A stretch of 64,000 nucleotides of DNA, from assembly GCA_045658805.1 (NCBI GenBank), contig JAZOVQ010000053.1:10837-74836 (forward strand), written 5' to 3'. Shown here in pieces: positions 46,910 through 56,700 of this stretch; position 1 is the stretch's first letter, and each line of letters begins with the position of its first letter. The translations under genes were made by a program, and so were the position numbers. The notes below the pieces were generated by a model. It saw only the letters and a program-made list of their open reading frames with translations. It was not told the DNA's origin and searched no databases. This DNA is from Candidatus Scatosoma sp. (GTDB lineage: Bacteria; Bacillota; Clostridia; Christensenellales; Borkfalkiaceae).

Positions 46910-47326
46910 TCATTCCCCTTTTGCACTCAACAAATCATCAAAGGGTTTTACCATATCACTGTCAAAATAGCTATATTGAACGTTATTGTAGCTTTTTGAT
47001 TCCAGCCAACTCGATTCTCCAAGAAGCGAAGCGAACAACCATATCACCAAATTGTATTCTTCTTGCTCCTGCATTGCTTGCGCTTCTTCTATCGTATTGT
47101 AAATGTGAAAATAGATTGCATATTCGCTCTCCTCATTGGGCTTTGCGGATACCATACAAAAGCCGAGGTCTTCATAATCCGAGTGAAAAACAACATATCC
47201 CGCCTCCGAATACGCCTGCGCAATTTCTTCGCAAGTTACCTGCGCCGTACCTGTTGCTTGATTACAAGATGATAATCCACCTGCTGTACAAATCAACAAT
47301 ACTATTGCTATAACAAACTTTCGCAT
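46910..47326 (-). CDS. Small lipoprotein, unknown function
   Basis: Start trimmed to MRKFVIAIVLLICTAGGLSSC|NQ (lipobox) after GAGGAGAAAAAT. Confidence 0.7.
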   Translation of the reverse strand: MRKFVIAIVLLICTAGGLSSCNQATGTAQVTCEEIAQAYSEAGYVVFHSDYEDLGFCMVSAKPNEESEYAIYFHIYNTIEEAQAMQEQEEYNLVIWLFASLLGESSWLESKSYNNVQYSYFDSDMVKPFDDLLSAKGE

Positions 47327-47419
47327 ATTTTTCTCCTCGCCCAACCACGGGAATTTTTCCCACCGTTTTGCAACGTACACTTTAAGGCAGGTCGCCCTGC
47401 CTTAAAGATTTATGCTATA

Positions 47420-48844
47420 TTATTTTCTTTGCAAAACCACCAACACTTCACAATGTTTTGTATTCGGGAACATATCGTAGGGCTGGATTTTGTCAATAGC
47501 GTAATATCCGTCCAAAACTGCATCCTCCGCCAAGCCCTCGTAGGCAGGATTTTTTACAAGCTCGCCCTCTTTTTCAATAAGACGTCCCGTCAAAATCCCC
47601 AAATCCCTTGCCAACGTTGCAGGGTTACAGCTAATCAAAGTCAATTTGGGAATACCGCTTTCCAACAATGCTTTGGTTACGCTGCGCGCAATACCAGCGC
47701 GGGGCGGATCTAAAATTAAGCGCACCTTTTCATCGCGTTCCTTTTCCAACACCGACGGCAGTTTTTCTTCCACGTAACCGCAAATATTGGTCATGTTTAA
47801 CAAACCGTTTTTCAGCTTTAACGAATCGGCACACTTCACCGCTTCAGGCTCTAGCTCAATACCATACACGCGCTTCGCTTTTTTCGCAAGCATCGCGGTG
47901 AGCAAACCGCCGCCCGAATACGCGTCGACAACCACTTCGTCACCCATTTCACAAACGGTTTTCAAAGCGTCCTTATACAGCTTCGTGCGCACGCCTTCGT
48001 TGACCTGCAAGAAGGTGGCAGGGCCTGCTTCATACACAATTCCTTGTTCTTCCGCTTCAAAAATCCCCCTACCATGTACGAGTTGAAACTCTTTTCCAAG
48101 GATAACGTTGGTATCCTCGTCGTTAAAATTGAGATACAAACTAAAGGTGGGGAAAATCTCGGACAACAGCCCTATAAGGTAAGGCAAATTGGGCAATTCG
48201 CGTTTTGCCGTAACGATAGTCACGATAAACTTTCCGCCGATTTCACGCGCAACGATATGGCGAATAGAACCTTTCTTCGTTTCCTCGTCATAGCCCTTTA
48301 CGGCGCATTCCGTCATATAGCGTTTCACCGTCGCCATCAATTTTTCCGACCATTCGGGATGAATAGCGCACGACGTAATAGGCACGATACGGTGGCTGTG
48401 TTCCGCATAAAATCCAATAACGGTATTGCCGTCCTTATCACGGCCGACAGGCACCTGCAATTTGTTGCGATAGCCATATTGTAAATCACTTTTAATCGCC
48501 AAAGGCACCGCCGTATTGATACCGCCTATTTTTCTAAGCGAATCCTTTACAACGTTGCTCTTATGCGCCAACTGCGCAGGATAATCTAAATGCTGTAAAC
48601 AGCAACCTCCGCAACGGGAGAATACGGGACATTTCGGGCGCACGCGTTCCTCAGCGGGGGTTAAAATTTCCTCCACTTTGCCATAGCCGATATTCCCTTT
48701 CACTTTGAGCACTTTAAAACGAACCTTCTCGCCAGGTAAACAAGCAGGCACGAAAAAAGTAACCCCTTCGTGCCTGATGATGCCTTCGCCATTTGTACCT
48801 ATTGCATCTGTCGTGGCACAAATTATATCGTTTTTCTCTATCAT
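47420..48844 (-). CDS. rlmD: 23S rRNA (uracil-C5)-methyltransferase, RumA/RlmD family (TRAM + Fe-S + SAM MTase)
   Basis: Start trimmed to MIEKNDIICATT (AAGGAGGGGAAT upstream). TRAM domain, Fe-S Cys cluster CPVFSRCGGCCLQHL and the catalytic ISCNPATLARD. Confidence 0.9.
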   Translation of the reverse strand: MIEKNDIICATTDAIGTNGEGIIRHEGVTFFVPACLPGEKVRFKVLKVKGNIGYGKVEEILTPAEERVRPKCPVFSRCGGCCLQHLDYPAQLAHKSNVVKDSLRKIGGINTAVPLAIKSDLQYGYRNKLQVPVGRDKDGNTVIGFYAEHSHRIVPITSCAIHPEWSEKLMATVKRYMTECAVKGYDEETKKGSIRHIVAREIGGKFIVTIVTAKRELPNLPYLIGLLSEIFPTFSLYLNFNDEDTNVILGKEFQLVHGRGIFEAEEQGIVYEAGPATFLQVNEGVRTKLYKDALKTVCEMGDEVVVDAYSGGGLLTAMLAKKAKRVYGIELEPEAVKCADSLKLKNGLLNMTNICGYVEEKLPSVLEKERDEKVRLILDPPRAGIARSVTKALLESGIPKLTLISCNPATLARDLGILTGRLIEKEGELVKNPAYEGLAEDAVLDGYYAIDKIQPYDMFPNTKHCEVLVVLQRK

Positions 48845-48906
48845 ATTCCCCTCCTTATCCGGTTTTCTAACCAAACGAGGTATAAAAATTCTTGCTCCTA
48901 TCCTAC

Positions 48907-49431
48907 TTACTTTTTCGTAATTCGTTTTACCAACATATATACGGCAAACCGCCATTTATACATACAGTAATCATATATAACGAAGAAAATGGAACCGCCG
49001 ATTAGCAATACCCACCAAATATATTCGTCTAAAAAGCTGACCGAAGTGGTCATGCCAAACACAAACCGCCACACCAAGTACATCGTCACGTCAAACCATA
49101 TCGCCTTAATTGCACACGCCACCCAACGATTGATACGCACCCGAAGCTGTAATTCGTTGACAAGCGGGTGCAACCCGAAAAACATAATGAAGGGTAACAA
49201 ATCGAAAAAACGCGCCGCGTTGAAAATTAAGGATAAAATCGTCGTTGCGAAATACGCCAAAACGTAGCCTACGTAGCTTTGCTTGGAAAGCGGCAGCATC
49301 AACGCCACAGCCGCCATTAAATAGCCCGTAAACAGCAATAACTCCGAATATACCCCCACCGTTAAGAAAATGGTTGCAATTGCACATGCAAGCGAAGATA
49401 ATGCTATTTCGTACGCCGATATCTTTCTCAT
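48907..49431 (-). CDS. Integral membrane protein (about 5 TM), unknown function
   Basis: Start trimmed to MRKISAYEIALSSLACAIATIFLTVGV. Hydrophobic throughout, with a basic C-terminus KRITKK. Confidence 0.6.
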   Translation of the reverse strand: MRKISAYEIALSSLACAIATIFLTVGVYSELLLFTGYLMAAVALMLPLSKQSYVGYVLAYFATTILSLIFNAARFFDLLPFIMFFGLHPLVNELQLRVRINRWVACAIKAIWFDVTMYLVWRFVFGMTTSVSFLDEYIWWVLLIGGSIFFVIYDYCMYKWRFAVYMLVKRITKK

Positions 49432-49506
49432 CGTGTAAGCTCCAAAGTGACTGAAAATAGGTGTTTTACAACAATCGCCAAGGGGTATACCCCTTGCCTT
49501 CAACCT

Positions 49507-50124
49507 TTAACGGCAGCCGCAGCAAAGGCTGAACAAACAATCTATACAAAGATAGGTGTAGCAACAGGAAATACAGTTTGCACAGGTGCCGCCCATTTGG
49601 TCGTCCATACCGCCGCCGTAAGAGGGGTTGGAATAGGGGTTTTGCGCCTGCTGGTGCGCCGCTTGCTGTTGATAATCGTTCTTCGCGTTCAGCTTGCCGT
49701 ATGCAATGCGATATTTTTGGTTGGACGGATCCATTTGCATAGCAATTTCCAATTGCTTTTTGCTGTCGTTCGTCCAGTTTTTCTTATAGAAAACTACCGC
49801 TTGCAAATAATGCCATTCCGCCGAGCGTTCGTTGAAATCGTCTAACTTCGCCTGCGCTTCCGCCACTTTGTTTTCTTTCAAAAGCGAAGTGATTTCTTCA
49901 AAGGAAGATTGGCCTTCGGTGTTTTCACTCTTTTCCTTTCTCTCCGCCATAATTTCCTTATAAGCAACTTCCAGCTTCGTCAACATTCTCGCCGCTTCGT
50001 TGCCAGCTTCCCCGTCTAACCATCTATCTTCGCTGTATTTGGCTTTCAGCTCGCGATATCTTTCGGCAATTTCTTCGTCCGTTGCCGCTTCGGTTAGATT
50101 GAGAAGTTCGTAATAATTTTCCAT
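49507..50124 (-). CDS. J-domain-like protein lacking HPD, with TPR-like middle and Cys-rich hydrophobic C-terminus
   Basis: N-terminus YYELLNLTEAATDEEIAERYRELKAKYSEDRW, i.e. J-domain helices I-II but SED in place of HPD. C-terminus GGTCANCISCCYTYLCIDCLFSLCCGCR. Confidence 0.7.
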   Translation of the reverse strand: MENYYELLNLTEAATDEEIAERYRELKAKYSEDRWLDGEAGNEAARMLTKLEVAYKEIMAERKEKSENTEGQSSFEEITSLLKENKVAEAQAKLDDFNERSAEWHYLQAVVFYKKNWTNDSKKQLEIAMQMDPSNQKYRIAYGKLNAKNDYQQQAAHQQAQNPYSNPSYGGGMDDQMGGTCANCISCCYTYLCIDCLFSLCCGCR

Positions 50125-50207
50125 TTTAGCTCCCTTTCGGTTTTCCCCGAAATCATTTTTCTTTACTTATGTTTTACAATGCCTTCAAATGTTTGACGGC
50201 TTCGTTT

Positions 50208-51098
50208 TTATTCCGTTTTAGTATCCGTCTTTTGCGAATTTTTATCCCGATTGCACTTACAGCTGCCAAACATAACGCGCTTGGTCGTTGCAGGCAAGCC
50301 TCGCAGCAAAATATTATCCGATAAATCCCTGTTGAAACGGAAACTTATCTGGGATAAATTTTCACGGATATCAAAGAATATGGCGTTGAAAACGTACTGC
50401 ACTTCCTCGCCTTTTTCGCAGGTTAGCGCCACGCGGCTATCCGCGCCATACGCCAATACGAAGGGGTTGTACGCGCCCTTTTTCTTGTCTTTATCATAAT
50501 CGTCCAACGCGTCGATAAGATAAATCCATTTCCCAATTGCATAGAACAAATTGCGGGTAAATTCCGTCGCTTTTTCACCCAATACATAATCGGAAAATTC
50601 CGCAAGCATCGTTGCGGTGGCGTCCGCCGCCCTATCCACGCTGTCCGTTTTCGATTGTTCAACGTCCTCTTGGTTTGCAAGGTTTTCCCGAACAATGCGC
50701 TCCACTTCGGGATACAGCTTTTTCACCCGTTTCATGCCCTTTTTAAACCACAAACGCTTACCGCGCCCACGGTCGCCGTCACGGATATCGTCGGTATATT
50801 TATAATACACCAAAGCGGTATTTAACGCGCCCAGCTGTCTGGTCAGCTCGTCCACGTTTGCCATTTGCCGAGAACGAATACAATGCGTTAAACAATGCTG
50901 TTTTTCAATGGTAACGTCCACGCCGAGAATATTATGCAAAATAACGGATAAAAAAGTCACGTCGTAGGAAAGCCCCATACGCGCGGTATTTCCGCACACT
51001 TCGGCAATTCCCTTGCACAGTCCGCAGTACATCGCTTTGTACAACGTATCGTCTTTTATATACAAATACGGCGTATCCGTACGAATGTACCCGAACAT
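50208..51098 (-). CDS. DUF5685-family protein
   Basis: Start trimmed to MFGYIRTDTPYLYIKDDTLYKAMYCGLCKGI (GAGGAGAGT upstream). This N-terminus matches my memory of DUF5685. Confidence 0.7.
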   Translation of the reverse strand: MFGYIRTDTPYLYIKDDTLYKAMYCGLCKGIAEVCGNTARMGLSYDVTFLSVILHNILGVDVTIEKQHCLTHCIRSRQMANVDELTRQLGALNTALVYYKYTDDIRDGDRGRGKRLWFKKGMKRVKKLYPEVERIVRENLANQEDVEQSKTDSVDRAADATATMLAEFSDYVLGEKATEFTRNLFYAIGKWIYLIDALDDYDKDKKKGAYNPFVLAYGADSRVALTCEKGEEVQYVFNAIFFDIRENLSQISFRFNRDLSDNILLRGLPATTKRVMFGSCKCNRDKNSQKTDTKTE

Positions 51099-51252
51099 AC
51101 TCTCCTCACTTTTCGCGTTGTTCACGCAAACGTATTATAGCACAGCCCTTTTGCCAAAAGCAAGCAGGCGCAATCCGCTTTTCCCGTGTTCACGCAAAAT
51201 AACCAATTTGTTCACACGCCTTACAAAAACACGGAGTATTTTTTTCTTTCCC

Positions 51253-52788
51253 TTACTTTTTCGCGTCAGGACTGGGCACGATATTGCCATCAGCGAAGCT
51301 CAAAATCAACTCGGACATTTTCGCAAGGTCGTTGGAAACAACCGTCTTGAAACGCAAGGGACGATAGCGCAAATCAAGCAAGCTCTTGGGCGGCTTCATT
51401 GCCGTCAACAAATTCAATCTCTTAATGCCCTTGAAGCTGTCCTTAACGTCGTTGCCCGACAATGCGTACAATACGTCTTGAGGGAATTTATAAGGGTTAG
51501 CGGTAGAAAGCACTACAACGGGCGTCTTGTCCTTTTCGTTTTCTTTCTCTCTCGCTTGTTTATATTGTTCGTATACCGCCAACGCAACCCCCGTATGGGT
51601 ATCCATTGCATAGCCGTATTCTTCGAAAATTTCGTACATGGCTTCTACGGTCATGTCCTCGCTTGCAAAACCGCCGAAGAATTCCTTGTCCAAAATCGCC
51701 TTTTCCGCCGTCGTAATGGAATATTCTTTGTCCTTTGCAAGCTGTTCCATACGCTTTGCGGTAAGCTCTGCGTTTCTGCCGCTAATTTCAAAGAGCAATC
51801 TTTCCAAGTTGGAAGACACCAAAATATCCATCGAGGGCGACATAGTACGGAAGAAGTTTCTCTTTACGTCGTACACGCCTTTGGAGAAGAAGTCTGCCAA
51901 TACTTTGTTGCGGTTGGAAGCGCAAACCAATCTTCTAACGGGCAAGCCCATTTGCTTTGCGTACCAGCCTGCAAGAATATCCCCGAAGTTACCCGTAGGC
52001 ACTACGAAATCAATTGCGTCGCCCATTTGAATTTGCTCGGACGTCCACAAATCGAGATATGCTGAGAAATAATAGGCAATTTGCGGCGCAAGACGACCGA
52101 AGTTAATCGAGTTTGCGCTGGAAAGACGCACTTTCTTTTCCGCAAGCTTTTTATTAAATTCTTCGGAAGCGAACAGCTTTTTAACTGCGCGCTGGCAATC
52201 ATCAAAGTTACCGCGCACTGCGGAAACGCAAACGTTGTTACCGTCTTGAATGCACATTTGCAAACGCTGCATTTTTGCAACGCCTTCGTCGGGATAGAAT
52301 ACCGCCACTTTGGTGCCGGGCACGTCACGGAAGCCTTCCAACGCCGCTTTACCAGTATCACCGCTGGTTGCTGCCAAAATTAAAATTTCATCATCAACGC
52401 CCGTCACTTCGCAGCTCTTTTTTAAGAGATAGGGAAGCACGGTAAGCGCCATATCTTTAAACGCACAGGTAGGTCCGTGGAAAAGTTCCAAAACGAACAA
52501 ACCGCCGTCAATTTTCACAAGGGGAACGGGATCGTTGCCTTCGAAGGAAGAATATGCCTTTTCACAAATTTCCTTCAAATAATCCGCGCCGAGTTCTTCA
52601 GCGAGATACTTACCCAACACAAACGCCGCGCGTTCGGGATAATTCATCTCCGCCATCATTTCCATTTCTTCTTGGGAAATGGTCGGGAAGGTTTCAGGAA
52701 CGTACAAACCGCCGTTTTTTGCAAGACCTTGCACAATCGCTTGCGCGCCCGTTACTCTTTCACCGCCTCTCGTACTGATAAAATACAT
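51253..52788 (-). CDS. thrC: Threonine synthase (long form)
   Basis: 511 aa. MYFISTRGG start and the PLP-lysine motif CAFKDMAL. Confidence 0.95.
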   Translation of the reverse strand: MYFISTRGGERVTGAQAIVQGLAKNGGLYVPETFPTISQEEMEMMAEMNYPERAAFVLGKYLAEELGADYLKEICEKAYSSFEGNDPVPLVKIDGGLFVLELFHGPTCAFKDMALTVLPYLLKKSCEVTGVDDEILILAATSGDTGKAALEGFRDVPGTKVAVFYPDEGVAKMQRLQMCIQDGNNVCVSAVRGNFDDCQRAVKKLFASEEFNKKLAEKKVRLSSANSINFGRLAPQIAYYFSAYLDLWTSEQIQMGDAIDFVVPTGNFGDILAGWYAKQMGLPVRRLVCASNRNKVLADFFSKGVYDVKRNFFRTMSPSMDILVSSNLERLLFEISGRNAELTAKRMEQLAKDKEYSITTAEKAILDKEFFGGFASEDMTVEAMYEIFEEYGYAMDTHTGVALAVYEQYKQAREKENEKDKTPVVVLSTANPYKFPQDVLYALSGNDVKDSFKGIKRLNLLTAMKPPKSLLDLRYRPLRFKTVVSNDLAKMSELILSFADGNIVPSPDAKK

Positions 52789-53075
52789 AATTTTTCACCT
52801 ACCTTTATTGCGTATTCCGTTTCCCAAACGCCGCAAAACCAGCCGTTGCTTTTTCTTTGGTACACTCGCTTTCCCTATGTTTTGGAAAAACGGAATTCTT
52901 TAATATTTTTAAACGCGCAAAAGCAACAGTCGAGCCGACTGTCCTCAACGCAATTCTTCAATTCCCACTCTTATCATTTGCCGACAAGCGGCAGGCGTCC
53001 ACAACCGATACAACGGATACAAACGCCGTATCACATACGTGTATACGCATACGATACGCGCACACGCGCACGATT

Positions 53076-53110
53076 GAAAAAAAGCCGAACGAAAAGAGCC
53101 CCGCTCGGCT
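53076..53110 (-). terminator. Probable terminator after the 53169-53576 gene
   Basis: Minus strand AGCCGA...TCGGCT (53110-53105 / 53088-53083), followed by T7. The loop is large, so confidence is only moderate. Confidence 0.55.
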
Positions 53111-53168
53111 ATTCCCCCAATGCGTAGCAAACCCCAACAAAAATGCAGGGATTAAACCAATTTAAAAA

Positions 53169-53576
53169 TTAAAGATACTTGGTAACGAAATCAGGCAATT
53201 CTTCCTTCGCAGCCGAAATGGAAACGGTGATAGTAATGCTGGTATCTTTCGCAACTTTGTCAAGCATGTAGAAGAAAGCAGCCAATTCCTGAACGGGTTT
53301 GCCTGCGATACGAACAACGCCGTCAATGAAAACGTATTCGTTGTCGTTGTTGCCTGCGATAACGCCCTTGATAAAGCCGCAAAGAGCAGCTTCGCCAGCA
53401 ACGTCAAATTCGCTTACGTCGATAAAACGTACGTCACGTTCCAAATCATACATACCGCGCTTACTGTCGGTGATAAAGATAAGATGGCCTTTTGCCTCTT
53501 TCACAGCTTCGTTAGCCGCGTCAATCATCATTTTTGTCTTACCGGTACCTTTTGCGCCGTAAATAACTTTAATCAT
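53169..53576 (-). CDS. Stand-alone 135-aa P-loop NTPase, unknown function
   Basis: Walker A GAKGTGKT at residues 7-14 and a Walker-B-like YVFIDG. GGGAGGATTTTATT SD. No partner gene nearby. Confidence 0.7.
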   Translation of the reverse strand: MIKVIYGAKGTGKTKMMIDAANEAVKEAKGHLIFITDSKRGMYDLERDVRFIDVSEFDVAGEAALCGFIKGVIAGNNDNEYVFIDGVVRIAGKPVQELAAFFYMLDKVAKDTSITITVSISAAKEELPDFVTKYL

Positions 53577-53720
53577 AATAAAATCCTCCCAGATTTTGTC
53601 TTACTACACCCAAGAAAAAAGGTTAATTTTCTTGGTTTCCTATAGTGTATCAAATTTTTCAACGAATTTCAATACTTTTTTGAAAATTTTTCCTCGTTTT
53701 TGAAAAAATTTTTTTCTAAA

Positions 53721-53763
53721 CGGGAAAAGTAGGGCTTTTTGCTGCTATAACCCTATTTTCCCG
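53721..53763 (-). terminator. Probable terminator after the 1759-aa LRR gene
   Basis: 13-bp stem with a 1-nt bulge (CGGGAAAATAGGG / CCCTACTTTTCCCG on the minus strand), then TTTAGAAAAAAATTTTTT. Confidence 0.55.
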
Positions 53764-53781
53764 CATTGTTTTATATGCCAT

Positions 53782-56700
53782 TTAGGTAATACTAAACCCA
53801 AACGTACCCGTTGCAGTAGTCGAATACATGCGTACCGCAATATAATATGTCTGACCAGCCGTTAACGTATACGTAAGTTTAAATTGGCGATTGCCTGCAG
53901 TATCGTCATCGGTTTTCAACTCCACTTGCCCTGCACTGTAGAGATGTACATACGTATCACAACTCTCGCTGCCGCTCGATTGAATAGTATAGCTTTTGGT
54001 TACCGTAGGAGTGAAACAATAATATATCTTTTCCCCCGCCTCGTCGACAACGGCTGTATACCTTCCCGTTGTCACTTCTATCGCGCGGCCAAAAGAAGAG
54101 CCGTCAAACCAAGCCAAATACGCTTCTTCCGATTCAAACCAGTTTGCATAAAGCGTGGTATCATCCTGCACGTAATACGGCGAAGCGAGTGCTGCACCAG
54201 TGAATTCTGCATCACTGTACCAACCGCCAAACCAATATCCTTCTTTTTCAGGAATAGGCAACTCGATAGCCACTTTTGTAACCACGTCATCTATTTCCTC
54301 TCCGCCGTTGGTTTCAAAGCGGTAGGTGTATTCACCGCACCCCCAATATACGGGACGATTAGACGAATTCCAAGAACTATTCCATCCGCTTAAAGCGCTT
54401 TCAGCCTCGCAATAAATGGTTAATTTGCTACAACTAGAGAACGCATTCTTAGCGATATTGGTCACTGTATCCTCTAAGAAAATATATGTTAAGCTTGAAC
54501 ATCCAGTAAATGCACCTTCACCAATTGAGGTAACAAAATCGCTCAGCACCACATTAGACAAATTGACACATTGATAAAATGCAAAATCACCAATAGAGGT
54601 TACAAAATCCCCCATCACTACGCTCGTCAAATTGGTGCATCCAGCAAACGCCGATTTTCTAATACTCCTTATAGAATTTGATAACGTAACACTTGTCAAC
54701 TTGGTATAATTGTAAAACGCCGCAAAAGAAATTTCCGTCATGGTTTCAGGAAAAATAACCTCCGATACCAGTTGATTGTTGAAATATAAATCACCGCCGT
54801 TGTGGATAGGATTTGCGCGTGCATTCTTGAAGCGAATAGAACACCAATCCTCAACCTCGCCGTTATAATATACATTTGCCAAACTTGTACAGTCAGTAAA
54901 AGCCTCTTCGTCAATAAACGTTGTCGTTTGGCTCAACTCTACGCTCGTTAAACCGCTGCAATAAGCAAATGCATACGTGCCAATGCTCGTTACCGAATCA
55001 GGGATAACAATTTCCGTTAAGCTAGCGCAATAAGCAAACGCATATGCGCCAATGCTTTCGCATACACATTCTTCTTCAAATTCCACGCTGGCAATTTTCG
55101 GCGCGTAACTAGACGAAGTGTTAGGAGCGAACAAATACGCAGGAATTTTCGGTACGTTTACCCCTATCGTTACCGCAATACCATCCCCGTTTTTACCAGC
55201 ATTATAGAAGACACCATTAGACGCCGCAAAATCCGCAAGCTCCGTAGCATTAAATTCAATTTCCGTTAATGCTGTACAGCCACTAAATGCATAAGTACCA
55301 ATCGCTGTTACATTTTCATGGATAACTAAACCCGTTAAGCCACTGCAACCACTAAATGCATAAGTACCAATTGTTGTTACGCTATCAGGGATATCCACTC
55401 TTGTTAAACCTCTGCAATTATAGAACGCATAGCTGCCAATCTTGGTGATATCATCGGGAAGCTCCACATTCGTCAAGCCACTGCAATTATAGAATGCACC
55501 ATAAAGGATTTCCCCGCCCGTTATCGTTACCTCTTGTAAGGACGCAGGTATATAATAGGTAGAAGACGTCGTGCTACTTAAACTAGAACCATAATAGGAT
55601 TGCGAGGTTGCTGTCCCGCCTACATAACTACCCGTCCCAAATATGTATCCGAACGGATATTGATAAGCGGCACTTGCTGTTACCCCAGCTTTTGCGCCTA
55701 CAAATGGTAACGTTATTTCCGTTAAACCGCTACATCTAGAGAATGCAGAACCACCAATACTAGTTACATTGTCAGGAACAACCAAACTTGTCAAGCCACT
55801 GCACCCAGAGAATGCAGAATTACCAATAGTCGTTACATGTTCGGGAATTTCAATACTCGTCAACCCACTACAATTATAGAACGCATTACCGCCAACCATG
55901 GTTACACTGTCGGGAATTTCAATACTCGTCAACCCACTACAATTATAAAAGGTCTGCGCCCCAATACTAATTACGCTGTCGGGAAGAATCACGCTCGTCA
56001 AACCAGTACAATTTTGGAACGCAGAAGCACCTATTCCCCCACCCGTAACAATTACACTCCTTAAGGAAGAAGGAATATAATAATAGTAGTATTTACCGTC
56101 ATAGTATTGATAGGTTGTACCGCTGACCGCTGAAATATCCGATTTAGCCGTATACCCAAAGATATATCCCAAAACCGCTTGGTAGCCCGTTGCAAATTCA
56201 CTTACCCCTACGAAAGGCAAGGTAATTTCCGTCAAACCACTACACCCGTAGAACGTAAAAGCGCCAATCGTGGTTACGCTGTCGGGAATAACAATTTCCG
56301 TTAAGCTAGCGCAATAAGCAAACGCATATTCGCCAATGCTTTCGCATACACATTCTTCTTCAAATTCTACGCCGACAATTTTCGGCGCATAACTAGAAGT
56401 GGAGGTGTAAGGATAGAACAAATACGCAGGAATTTTTTTGACGTTTGCACCAATGGTTATCTCAACGCCATTACCATTTTTACCTGTGTTGTAGAACGTA
56501 TAATTCGATGAAGTTAAATCTGCACATTCCGTTGCATTAAATTCAATTTCCGTTACCCCTTGCGTATTGTAAAATGCATACTTCCCAATTGAGGTTACGT
56601 CATCGTGAATAACAATGCTCGTCAAGCTAGCACAGCCAGCGAACGCATAAGGGCGAATAGCGGTTATAGAGCTAGGAACAACAAGCTCCGTTACCAGTTC

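Noticed and set aside
52789-53031. T-box leader for thrC.
   Set aside because: The closest string (GAGUGUACCAAAG) matches the T-box consensus GGGUGGUACCGCG poorly. No specifier-loop or antiterminator architecture could be traced.
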